64,000 nt of DNA from Eledone cirrhosa (GCA_964016885.1 OZ024742.1:314402001-314466000); one strand, 5' to 3'. Positions 12,911-28,538 are shown, numbered from the stretch's first letter. Notes: a model not told the origin generated them from the letters alone. A program made the numbers and translations.

Positions 12911-15086
12911 TATTAGAAGCAACACCTTCTTAAACAAACTTAACACTTCTATTAGTGGATTCAAAACTAGTAATAAAATTATTGTACACGCAGATAAAAC
13001 TAATAACATATACAGCCTAGATTATATTACTTATAGAAAGTTTATATATAATGAACTACATAAAAGCTACAAAAAAACCACCTTGAAAAACTTAGAAGAT
13101 ATTAATGTAGAGGGTTATAATATAGTGTCTAAACTAGGACTACAGAGGCATACACAACCTTTCACTCCGAACCCCCCTAGATTCTCTCTGAAGGACCATA
13201 AGGAGAACTTCATCAGCAACCCCACGATAAGACTTATCTGCCCTTCCAAGTCCGACATTGGTATTATCAGCAAGAAGATTTTGGATAAAATCATCCCACA
13301 AATTAAACACAAGATACACCTTAAACAATGGGGAAATACGGGTGAAGTAATTGAATGGTTTAAGGATATCAAGAATAATAAGAACAAAAAATTTATTCAA
13401 TTTGATATCAATTCATACTACACCTCTATTTCCCCTATCCTATTAAATAAGGCACTTATCATGGCCATGACCAATAGCGACCTGACTAGAGCCCAGGTTG
13501 ATGTCATCCTTGCGGCCCGTAAAACCATAATCACCTTCGAGGACCAACTATGGACACGCAAGGATACGCACAACAACTTCGACATAACCATGGGATCTAG
13601 TGACTCGGCGCAGGTCACTGATTTGGTCGGCCTATACCTCCTCAATGAAATCCATAAAGACCTCCCTTACCTCAACGGTGGTTTGTACCGCGATGATGCA
13701 CTTCTACTCATAGAATATAAAAAATTTAATATAGAAAGAACTAGAAAACAACTGCATAAGACATTCAAAAACTTTAACCTTAGTATCACCATGGACAAAA
13801 ACACTAAAAATGTTAACTTCCTAGACGCCACACTATACCTAGACTCAAAAATATATACACCTTTCCATAAGCCTAATGAGAAACTTATTTACGTAGATAC
13901 CAAGTCTAATCACCCTAGATCAATATTAAACTCTATCTCTAAGGGGGTGTCCAATAGAATCTCTAGTCTGTCCTATGACGCAAACATATTTAGCAAAAAC
14001 TCACAATATTACAATCAAGCATTAGCTAGCTCCGGCCATAATATAGAAATAGAGTTCCTACCTAAGAAAACACATAGCTACAACATCATCTCGCACAACA
14101 TGTCCATGAGGAAATCTAATAATAGGAATAGCAACCACAAGTACACCAAAGCGGAGGGTGCCACCGGAAGTAACCATTACCATGGAAACTACTGTGAGGC
14201 CTTAGGAGGAAGCAACACACCAAACACTAAAAGCAAAAATAGAAGAAGAAATAATACATTTTTCAACCCTCCTTTCAACCTAAATGTCTCCACCAACATA
14301 CCTAGGGCTTTCTTCTCACTACTAGATAAAAACTTCCCTCTAGGACACAAGTACCACAACCTCTTAAACAAAAACACCATTAAAATCTCATACTCTACGA
14401 CGCCTAACTTAGCATACCACATAGCTAGCAGCAATAATAGTAAAATTAGTTCTTACTTCCAACAAACAAAATCACAACGGGATGCAAACCCTCTAAATAC
14501 CACTGTAGCAAGCAACAATAGCAACGGCAGTAACAATAGAAATAACACTAGTATAAGTAATAACACCAGGGTTGTCAACCTGAACACCCAAAATCCTATA
14601 TCCACCACACAGACTTCCGCATTGCATTATAACCAGCGGACTAACGCACAGAATAATTGTAACTGTAGAGCTAATAGAACCTGCCCTTTAGATAAAAAAT
14701 GCCTAACCAAGGATGTCATATACTCATGCACAGTCACGACTAATAACTCTTCAGAAACCTATGTAGGCTCCACTTCTAACTGCTTCAAAATTAGATATAA
14801 CTCGCACATCCACTCGTTCAAAAAGCACAGCCTAGCCAACTCCACCTCACTTTCTAGCTATATACACTATCTAAAATCTAAAAATAAACCATACACACTC
14901 AAATGGGAAGTGATAGGCAGCGCGACCTCGTACAAACCACCTAATAAATTCTGTAACCTCTGTATACTAGAGACACACAATATTATCTTCTCCAACCGTA
15001 ACCTACTTAACAAAAAATCTGAGGTGTTTGCAACTTGCCAGCACCGCCTCAGACATTCCTTCCAAAACTTTAAGCCCTATATATAG
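12911..15086 (+). pseudogene. 5'-truncated inverted copy of the same RT-EN ORF (lacks ~94 N-terminal codons)
   Basis: Translation matches 8666-11125; begins abruptly at the inversion junction 12910/12911. Confidence 0.9.
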
Positions 15087-16529
15087 CAATGTCGGACTGG
15101 AACCTAACACCACATCTAGCATCAAACACCAGAGACACACCCTATACTACATACCCAACACTAGCTGATCCTTTATAACACAAACAACGACATCCCTCTG
15201 GAACCCTTCGCAGGGAAAATACCCATTTATACCTCTACGGCAGGTGTGACAACATCCACCCACCTGGACGGCACTACACCGCTCTAAGGGTAATTTGAGC
15301 ATGAATTGATCGGTTGGATGGTATTGGGCTGAGGAAACACCTTCCTTAGACAGATGTAAAATGATTTAATCGAGTAGCGCTGTTGACCAGTAGGACCGGG
15401 CTGCTGAGCGCAGTGAGTGAATGCAATGCAACTGCCGTGCGGGTTGTACGTATATGGATGATCTGACGGTCAGAGAGGGGTCGCGAGGACTGCGGATTGA
15501 CCTTTGGCCTGCCTGGGGACGATTATCTTTCGACATCCAATGTAGCAAGCGATGACCCAGATCTTACCAGAGATCATTGGGTCCTGAAGCAATCCTGCAA
15601 TCACCGCGCCTGGTCATATGAGCAGACTACAACCACGGAGATCATTAATTTAGAATCCTCGCTCATCATCTATAATTTCCATTTGTAGCACCTTAAGATG
15701 GGTTAATCCACCTTAATAATAATATGATCACCTTCAGCATAATTTAGTTAAACTACTCTATAGTTAGTACACTTTATGCTTTAAAAGTCTCTCTTGGAAG
15801 GTGCACCTCACCATAGAATTTAGGGTCCATATTGGGACACATTTTAATGGCTGGATATAGAAACCCCAGAGTTACCTCCCCGCATGCATTAACTCCCCTT
15901 AGCCACACACACACTTCCGGTATTCAATGGCGTCTCTCGAAACGTAACAACCTCCTGTATCGAACTAAAGAACACCAGACTACGATCTCTAACTGGATTG
16001 TCGTGGATTATGTGAAAGGCATATAATCGAAATATACACTCCCTTGACCATGAAAATGCCGAAGTACATGAATTACTTGACATCCCTGCGTTGTGCATCT
16101 CCAATACTTATAACTCTTTTAATGCTTGCACTATCTTTAATGCTTATAATATTTCTCCACACACAGACTACATCAATCATATAAAGACTTTGCCACCAGA
16201 TCTACCAACCTAACACTCCTATTTACCTACCTAAGTGCCTCTACCACACATATCTCTCTGCCACACTATATAAACAAGACGCACATGCGTGCCACACATA
16301 TAACATTTGCACTATATAACCACTTATCTTCATGTTGTACTTTAACCTATATCTTTGATTTTTGATTGTACCTATTAATATAAATGTAATCTCGAAGTGT
16401 GTACTGCCACTCTAAATTTTGTAATGAATGTTGACCCACAATGTTTGAATATGTATCAATGTTTGAATATGTATTGGTATGTCTCTCGGCTGAAAAGGAG
16501 GTCATATAACTGTCCATGCATTAATAAAT

Positions 16530-16576
16530 TGCTCCGAAGAATCCAAACCTCGGTTTGGAGGAAACAGCTGTAAGCA
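16530..16576 (+). ncRNA. PLE pseudo-LTR hammerhead with CCGAAGA core (copies 7176-7222 and 11375-11421 on -)
   Basis: TGCT-CCGAAGA-a-TCCAAAC ctcg GTTTGGA-g-GAAA-CAGCTG-TA-AGCA. Confidence 0.75.
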
Positions 16577-16866
16577 CAATAATGTTTTGAACAGTTCTTT
16601 GATTCTTATATTTCATATAACTGCTCTGTAAATCTTCTGATGTTTTTACATTGAGCTACTTAACTTACTGGTAATAAGGTAGTAATACATTACTGCCTAC
16701 CACTATTTAGGGTGTGTGTAAAATACTTACAACTGCTTAAGGTTTTGTGTTTACATAACCATAAATAGTATAACTAATACTATATATATATATATATATT
16801 AAAGAGTTAAACAAGATTATTCAATGAGTACATCAAAGAATGATTTTACAGTAAATTGGAAGCACT

Positions 16867-16915
<49 letters not shown>

Positions 16916-16918
<3 letters not shown>

Positions 16919-17301
16919 TATAGACATAGAATATTCGAAAATATTCTGTATGTTTATAATAAACATTTTGAAGACCTAATCGCTATAGAATAGAATACGT
17001 CACGTATTACAATTAGATTCTCGATAAAAGCAAGGGAAGTAATCTACGCGTTTCATTCTTATTAGAAATCTTCAGGACTACATATCCAGTGCTTTTATCG
17101 AGAATGACACATTTCTCGATAAAAGCACTGGATATGTAGTCCTGAAGATTTCTAATAAGAATGAAACGCGTAGATTACTTCCCTTGCTTTTATCGAGAAT
17201 CTAATTGTAATACGTGACGTATTCTATTCTATAGCGATTAGGTCTTCAAAATGTTTATTATAAACATACAGAATATTTTCGAATATTCTATGTCTATATT
17301 C
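16916..17301. mobile_element. 386-bp palindromic element D with one HHR per arm
   Basis: Reverse-complement arms centred at ~17108, flanked by TA repeats. Confidence 0.85.
17136..17178 (+). ncRNA. Minimal type-I hammerhead (mirror 17039-17081, -)
   Basis: GTAGTC-CTGAAGA-t-TTCT aata AGAA-t-GAAA-CGCG-TA-GATTAC. Confidence 0.8.
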
Positions 17302-17331
17302 ACATATATATCGCTATTTCAGAGCATTTAT

Positions 17332-17417
<86 letters not shown>

Positions 17418-17432
17418 AAAATAACAGATTAA

Positions 17433-17483
17433 AGTTTAAGCAAAGAATCGCTGCTTTCACCCTTAACGGGATCTTCTGAAACT
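17433..17483 (-). ncRNA. Hammerhead-like motif with CAGAAGA core in element E (17413-17757; homolog 32781-32848)
   Basis: On -: AGTTT-CAGAAGA-t-CCC gttaa GGG-t-GAAA-GCA..TGC-TT-AAACT. Confidence 0.55.
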
Positions 17484-17753
17484 AACAAAGTCAATCTGTA
17501 AACGCAGAACTGGATATTTCAAAAAACGTTGCAACCGGAGGAAGACAGGAAGACGATACTTTGGTTCATGGTGACATTCGCTGGCAAAGAACGGGAAAAA
17601 AACGAATAATACGTCATTAATAGGAGCGGTGAAAAACAATTACGTGCAAGGACAGAACCACGTTTATGGTATAAAAGAGGTCGTAGACTAATGTTCTCTA
17701 AGTGGTGCATAGAGACGTTCTCTGGCAATGAACGAATAAACGAAGATAATAAG

Positions 17754-17808
<55 letters not shown>

Positions 17809-17829
17809 TATATACATATATATATATAT

Positions 17830-20509
<2,680 letters not shown>

Positions 20510-20573
20510 GAGTGCTTCCAATTTACTGTAAAATCATTCTTTGATGTACTCATTGAATAATCTTGTTTAACTC

Positions 20574-20691
<118 letters not shown>

Positions 20692-20764
20692 TACGTAGTG
20701 TTACTTCATGATTAGTTCTGTTACTTTAACACAATTAGTTGCCAGAGAGAAGATAAAAGGAGAA

Positions 20765-20904
<140 letters not shown>

Positions 20905-21829
20905 AATGTTGCCACCTCCTTACTGATTCCATTTGGATGACACATCTCATGAAATGATTCATTGATTTTACTTATTGTTGTACCTAATCGAGCTCGAGAT
21001 ATTATAGGCCAAACTTTACTCATACGACATTTTACTTGCGTTATTCAACTCTACATTTATATGGGTTATTCAGCTGAAACAGATTATGGTAGATCTGGTT
21101 AAATCATTACAGTTTCATCGCAGAACAAGGCAGGAGGTTTTAAAAGGAGAGTGTTTGAAGAATAAAAGGTGTAGTTGCAACAAGCAAATATTACAAAGGC
21201 TTATATATACTCACGAACACACACATAGACACTCAAAGATGCACACACACACATACACACACGCACACATACATACACACACACATGCACATGTACATTC
21301 ACACACACAACAACTCATACAAGCCCACATACAATTAAGGGTTCGCGTGTAAAAATAATAATTTCTGATTTAGGAGCTAGGCCAAACATTTCGGGGCAGG
21401 CGAAAGTCGATTAAAGCGTTTTACGTTTCTTTTTCTCATGCTTATATGAACTATATGGCTGCAACTCGGTTTCAAGTGAGGCTATCGCATGATACTTGAT
21501 TACTCGTATTTTATTTATCGATCCCGTAAGGATGAAAGGCAAATCTAATCTCGGCGGGATTTGAACTCAGAGCCTAAAGAGACGTAGCTATATGTTGTGT
21601 AAATATAATGTTTTAATAAATGAATGTTGGACTAACTGTACAGCTTCTTCATTGCAATAAAGCCTTAATGGCTGAATATGCCACAGAAACAGTGTAATAT
21701 TCTCGCCGAATCAGTGAGAGAGTGTGGAAAAATTGGACATTTGGATTACATGTACAATCCATATACGAGTTTTCACAGTTTTCATATTCCAAATTACCCC
21801 TACAATCCTCGAATAACCGGAGACTATGA

Positions 21830-22050
21830 TAATGGTTTCTACTATAGACACAAGGTCAGTAATTTGGGGAGAGGGGAAAGTCGATTAAATCGGCCCCAGT
21901 ACATACTGGTGCTTTATTTTATCGACCCCGTAAGGATGAAAAGCAAAGTTAACCTCGGCGAGATTTGGAATCAGACAATAAAAGGCTGTAACTCTCTGCC
22001 GCGAAGCAGGGTGTCCGATGCTCTGCCGATACTGCCAATCCACCGCCCTC
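21830..22050 (-). mobile_element. tRNA-derived SINE (other copies ~21365-21590 -, 29520-29680 -, 46035-46155 +, 46530-46715 -, 49768-49902 -, 60103-60255 -)
   Basis: Shared core ACTGGT.CTTTATTTTATCGACCCCGTAAGGATGAAA.GCAAAGTTAACCTCGGCG.GATTTG.A with reverse-complement B box. Confidence 0.85.
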
Positions 22051-22932
22051 ACCGGAGACTATGATAATAATATTTATACTAGATGCCATGCAGTTGGATT
22101 GAACGTGGGCTTTTATGATTACGAGAGAAATATTTTAGTCACTCAGCCAACCTACGCCTGTCCACTTATATATATGTTTTATATGGCTCTGAAAGGAATG
22201 CTATTTATTCGGAATTAACAACCTAATTATATCAGTTCCTAAGGCAGTCGATATGCACGAATGGATATCTAACCATATTATATAAATTGGCTGAAATTGA
22301 TACTTTCCTGATCCTATGATTTTCATAATTGTATCTGTTCCAATATGCTCTTTATGAAAATTATTGATTTAATACGAAGGGATGAATCTCTAAAGAGAAC
22401 TGGAATAATGGTGCGCCGTGTTGATATAAAATCAACAGCAAGTACATTAACTGCATTAATGAAGTAAAATTAATGGCACCGATAACGGGTCGCAGATGCA
22501 GTACAACTAAACTCATTGATAAAGATTGCAGATTTCTATATATCTTTTATTTCTAACATTCATGTAATACCTCGCATATATGAATTAATTATATCCCATA
22601 TTCTAGGAGAGAGTTAGGGAAACATTTCCATGTGCAGAGCCATTTTAGCTATAAAAAGAATGCTGTCGGAGCCATATAATTGATTACAAACTAAAATACA
22701 TAAAAAATTACACGAATTTAGTTTACGTGTTCTCACTCACTACGCTCGTTGGCTTTGAATATTATTTAAAATGTCTATTTATTTTAATAGAAATTTGCAC
22801 ATTTAATTATAAATTTATATCTGAGTGCCGAAATGCCATTGGTGATACGCTAAAGTGTCGGGGACTGTTGACAAATTCTCTAGAACATTATATATGTGTG
22901 AGTGTGTGTGCGCGTGTGTGCGGGTATGTGTG

Positions 22933-23015
<83 letters not shown>

Positions 23016-23192
23016 TAGATATATATGTATGTATTCGTTCAGCAAGAATTTTGATTTGAAATTGTGTCGTAACCAATATTGTAATATTTGCGGATGGTCA
23101 CTTGGCCATATTCATAAAGATAAATCTGGAACATCGCAGTAAAATATGCTTTGTGAACATATATGTATGTATTTATGAATGTGTGTATGTAT

Positions 23193-25826
23193 GTTATCTC
23201 TTTCTCTTAATTTCGAATATATTCTTTGACCGGCCACCTTCCTGGTGGTAAGGTTGTAAAAGAAAAGAAATTGTCATCCCTTGAATCGCAAGAATGTTTT
23301 GCAAATTTTGAAGGTGCCAGCGTCGCAGCCATTTGTAGACTATGAATTAGGGAGCTGCGCTTTTTGTCCGCAAATCCAAGTTCAGTCATACTTTGGTCCA
23401 AGCGGGTTGGTATATAACCCGTAGCTCTAATAATGATGGGTATGAAGCTAAAGGTGTATCTTGGATACTGGATTTGTAAACTCCTCATAAATGGTCCGTA
23501 GATGTCCTCCTTCTCCTGTATTTTTCTGACAACGTTTACATCAAGTTGGCAGCTGATCTCCACAACAGAACACGTTTTCAATGTGTGGTCCCAAACAACA
23601 ATATCAGGCCGGTTGTGCTTTAATTTGGTGGCAGTTTTTATTTTCAGGTTCCACCAATATTCCTTAGTGCCATCTGTCTCAATATATTCTTCCTCGTTTG
23701 TTGTTAATTTTGTTTTCTGAAGTGCGTTCCAGATGGTTCTGGCTATCCCATCGTGTCTCACGGGGAGGTAGTAGCGAGATGACATTCTTTCGCAGCTGGC
23801 AACAATGTGGCTTACATCCTCGATCTTTGTTTTACATAGCCTACATTTATTGTCAGCTGCTGGCCCTACCCTTTTGTGCAACAGATATTTGGTAGGGAGT
23901 TCTTGTTCCTGTATTGGAGAGATATATCCCTCAAGATATGATGTCATAAACTTGTCGGAACTCAATGCCAAGCTTTTTGAGTGGTTTATCCCCTCTATGG
24001 TCTGTGTTTTACGCCTCAAGAATCCATGCACAACTTTTTCTGTAAATTGGTCAATTTTTTCATCTTGTTTGAACATTGAAATAGATCTTCCGATTTCTCT
24101 GGGTGAGAGATTTATATCAGGCTTTATTCCATATCTCTCCTCCAGATCAGTCACTATTCTAATGATATTTTTTTTTCATGCTCATAAACCTGGGCAAGAT
24201 GGTTGCCAACCTTTTTCCTCTGTTGAAGGTGTTGCTTCAGTGTTACTATCCGGGTCTCATATGTTGTTAATATGGATTTTTTACCCCGGCCACCTTCCTT
24301 GCGTGAGAAGTATAGCCTATCCACATCACCATTGATGTTAAAGTTACCAGTAACACTGAGAAGTTTGCGAGTTCTAACATCCATCTCACTTAGTTCTTAC
24401 AATGACCAGTTCAGCAGGCCAAATGTTGGCGTTAGAATTGGCACAACATAAGTATTGTGGGCAATGTACTTGTTGTACGCTGACAGTTCTGATGACCATA
24501 TTTTCTTTACTCTTCTGAGGTATTCAGTTCTGGTTCTCTCCTTATTTATGGGTCCATCATATCTGACATTCTCATCCTGTCCAAGATATCTGTAGTTGTC
24601 ACCTGACTGTAGAGGTTGTATTGTCAGGCCGTTCATCTCTAGATTTCTAGAGGGGGCACAGCTCTTCCACGTTTTACTGCCAAATATGCACACTTGGACT
24701 CACCAAATTTCATTTTGATGTCTGTTGAAAATTGTGTAATGAGGTCCAATTGTTTCTTGATGTCATTGATATGTGGCCCATACAACTTCAGGTCATCAAC
24801 AAAGAAAAGAGGGGAGATACTTCTTTGACCACTTTGTTTCCTGAGTAGGTAAGATAGTGGGTTTAGTGAGAGAACGAAGAGTAGCACTGGCAAGCTATCA
24901 CCCTGAATGATGCTCTTCTGGTAATGTATCTTATCACTCTTAACTTGCTCCTTCTCACCTCTAAGGATCAAATTGGTGTACCAGTTCTTGGTCAGGCGTT
25001 CAACAGCAGCTACCAATGGTTGTGGGACTTTGGCTAACTGTAAATCCTTAATAATCCACCCATGAGGTACACTATCAAATGCTTTTTGATAGTCCAGCCA
25101 CACCACAGTCATGTTTCTGCGATTCTTTGTTGTCTTTTCCTGAATCATTTTATTAGTTAGTAGGTGATCCAGCTTGCTCAGGTGTTATGATGTTGTTGGT
25201 AGCACAGTGATCCTGTAAGAACAGGTTAAGGCACCTAGTATATAATTTATACATGATGTTTTGGCAGGCTATTGGGCGGTCATTTTTGGCAAGGGTGGTT
25301 TGGCTATTTTGGGGAATGAGGAGAGTAGTGGCAGTTGATAACCATCTGGGCAGTTCTGGTGTGCCTTTAATGGATTCTGTAAACAGCCGTATGAGATTTT
25401 GCCGATAGAAAGTGAAATTCTTCAACCAGTATCCTGTAATGAGGTCTGGGCCTGGTGATTTCCTATTCGACATTTTCTGTAGAGCTGTTTCCAGTATTGA
25501 CCCATCTATGTCATATTGTTTTGTCTGGACATGTTGGCAGTAGTCCTGTTCCAGTTCTTTTAGCCAATTAGTTTGTCTGTTGAATCCGTCATCCGTTTCC
25601 CATACATATCTCCTGTAGCTCTCAACCTGTTCTTTTGAAGGGGTGTCATTTACAGGGATTGAGCTTTTGCCACCGAAGCTGCGATAAACTGATTTAGGAT
25701 CTCTGGCAAACAATCTATTTAGCACTTGTCGTTTATGTGCTGTTGACTTATATTTTAGTCTTGTTGTTTCGACTGGTGTAATTTGGAGTTCAAAGTTTTA
25801 AATTTTGTATCTCCCAATCGTCTCTC
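23193..25826 (-). mobile_element. Decayed R4/Dong-like non-LTR retrotransposon (RT + CCHC + restriction-like endonuclease) in (CATA)n
   Basis: Broken ORFs with KSPGPD, RPIAC, WLDYQKAFDSVPH, QGDSL, FVDDLKLY, YRYLG, CRLC..H...C, RHD, HNRPDIVV..E; stops and frameshifts. Confidence 0.85.
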
Positions 25827-25928
25827 TAACTTTTTTTAGGTGTTCCTGGTGTCGTGTGAAGTTGCTCTCTATGTATGTATGTATTTATGTATGTATGAAT
25901 GTATGTATATGTCAGGTCACCAGTATAT

Positions 25929-27203
25929 GTCAGGTCACCAGTTGGTGCTACTGATAACATGTATTCCAGTACAACCTGTCCCATGGTCGGGTCGTTGGCA
26001 ACTAAACCGGCAACCCCACCAAGGTTTCTTGGTGACGAGGGTGACTTTGGACATCCTGCAGGACTAAAAATAAAACCTGTCAAAGGGAAAAGGAGCTCTT
26101 AAGAGTCAATGGCCATCCAAAATCACCGGGAGAGATGACCCCTTAGCCTTTATCAAGGCAGAATTCTAGGAGAAGGAAAACTCTGATATAACACCTGCAA
26201 CCCTGATGGTATCTAATGATGTTGACTTATTCTTCTTTTTGGTAAATATCATCTTGGTTAAGAGAGTGGGACTGGCTTTGTGCAGTGCCTTTGCTCACTA
26301 TAAAAGCTTCACGCCACAGGCATTGCTTTATATCTGGAAATCTCTCTGCACTTGTCGTTACAGGGTACCATGGGTCCAGCACTATGTGTCAATAATTGTC
26401 ACAAGTGTAGTGTTTGTACCAGAGTTTTCAAGTCGCTGGCTGGACTAAAAAGTCACACTCGTTCAGCGCATCTGTAGGGGTTCTCCTACATGGATATAAA
26501 GTAGTGGCCGTGCTCGAAAATGAGTTGGCAGCCACCATGTATGTATGTATGCATGTATGTATGTATTTATGTATGTATGTATGTATGTATGTATGTCAGG
26601 TCACCAGTTGGTGCTACTGGTAACATGTATTCCAGTACAACCTGTCCCATGGTCGGGTCGTTGGCGACTAAACTGGCAACCCCACCAAGGTTTCTTGGTG
26701 AGGAGGGTGACTGTGGACATCCTGCAGGACCAAAAACAAAACCTGTCAAAGGGCAAAGGAGCTCTCAAGAGTCAATGGCCATCCACAATCACCGGGAGAG
26801 ATGACCCCTTAGCCTTTGTCAAGGTAGAATTCTAGGAGAAGGAAAACTCTGATATAACACCCGCAACCCTGATGGTATCAAATGATGTTGACATTTTCTT
26901 CTTTTTGGTAAATATCATCTTGGTTAAGAGAGTGGGTCTGGCTTTGTGCAGTGCCTTTGCTCACTATAAAAGCTTCACGGCACAGGCATTGCTTTATATC
27001 TGGAGATCTCTCTGCACTTGTCGTCACATGGTACCATGGGTCCAGCACTATCTGTCAATAATTGTCACAAGTGTAGTGTTTGTACCAGAGTTTTCAAGTC
27101 GCTGGCTGGACTAAAATGTCACACTTGTTCAGCGCATCGGAAGGGGTTCTCCTACATGGATATAAAGTAGTGGCCGTACTCGAAAACGAGTTGGCAGCCA
27201 CCA
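25929..27203. repeat. Two tandem ~610-bp non-coding repeats separated by (TATG)n; related pieces at 61560-61950 and ~6230-6450
   Basis: 25929-26538 is similar to 26594-27203; both contain GACTAAAC.GGCAACCCC-like and CTAGGAGAAGGAAAACTCTGA motifs reminiscent of RTE 5' UTRs. Confidence 0.7.
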
Positions 27204-27660
27204 TGTATGTATGTATGCATGTATTTATGAATGTATTTATGTTCTTCTGGTTTTATAATTTCACAAATTTTTTCCCAATAGAGAGAGAGTCGGTTTCTAA
27301 CATAGACACAAGACTCTCTCATTGGAATTTACACACCATCAACTAGGTAGATTATGTATGCATGCATGTGAAGATATGGATGTGTAAGTTTTGAGTTGTA
27401 TGTGTGCATATATATATATATGTATGTATTTGTAAATATAGTTAATATAATTTCTAAGTTTTGAGTTGTATGTGTGCATGTCTATATGCTTTGTATTTGT
27501 ACATGTATATATGCAGTTATTAGATGCAAAACCTTTGGAACGTTTTACATATGAATGTATGTATGTATGTAAGAATTCAAGTGTCTGTACATATATATAT
27601 AAATATTTAATCGGCCGTATATAAACTTATATATTATGGTGATTTGCTTTCGTACATACC

Positions 27661-27731
<71 letters not shown>

Positions 27732-27817
27732 TTGTAAATATAGTTAATATAATTTGTATATATAGTTAATACATGAAACACAAAACACAGGAGGTAATTT
27801 TACAGTTATATTAGTTG

Positions 27818-27861
<44 letters not shown>

Positions 27862-27892
27862 AATACATTTATATATTACATATATATATAAA

Positions 27893-28538
27893 ACTCTGCA
27901 GTAGGCCTCAAGATGAACCGCATGAAAACGAAGTTCATGCAGTCCGACGACGTACCAACAGGTCGAATGGTGGTTGGCGGTGATGAAATAGAGGAGGTGG
28001 AGGAATACGTCAACCTAGGACAAGAAGTGAACATGTGCCGAGACATTGAGAGGGAGATCTCGCGGAGAGTAAGGGCCGGATGGAAGGCGTTCAACGGCAT
28101 AATGGATGTGCTCAAGGGGAGGTTGGACAAGACCACTCGCGCCAACCTCTTCAATAGCACAATTTTACCTGCAATGTTATATGGCAGTGAAACTTGGGCT
28201 ACAACGAAGAGAAAGGAGCAGAGGCTGGTAACGGCTCAAAGAGCTATGGAGACATCAATGCTAGGAATCTGGTTGAGAGAGCACATCAGGAGCGAAGTCA
28301 TCAGACAGAAGTCCGGCGTGAGGGACGTCATCACGGAATATATGCGCAGCAAGTTCAGATGGGCTGGACACGTCGCCCGGTTCACCAATAATCGGTGGAT
28401 CTGCGCAGTTGTCGAGTGGTAACCGCACGAGCGGAAACGACCACTCGGAAGGCCTCCACGAAGGTGGAGTTACGATTTTAGGAATACGATTGGGCGAATG
28501 GACGCCCGACAGACTTGTCGGTCAAGGTGATCAAGGTG
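27893..28538 (+). pseudogene. 5'-truncated RTE-clade LINE 3' end
   Basis: GLKMN..KTKFM, EYVNLGQ, EISRR..AGW.AF, LPAMLYGSETW, RWAGHVAR, RP.GRP..RW; CAAGGTGA tail repeat; in (TA)n. Confidence 0.85.
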
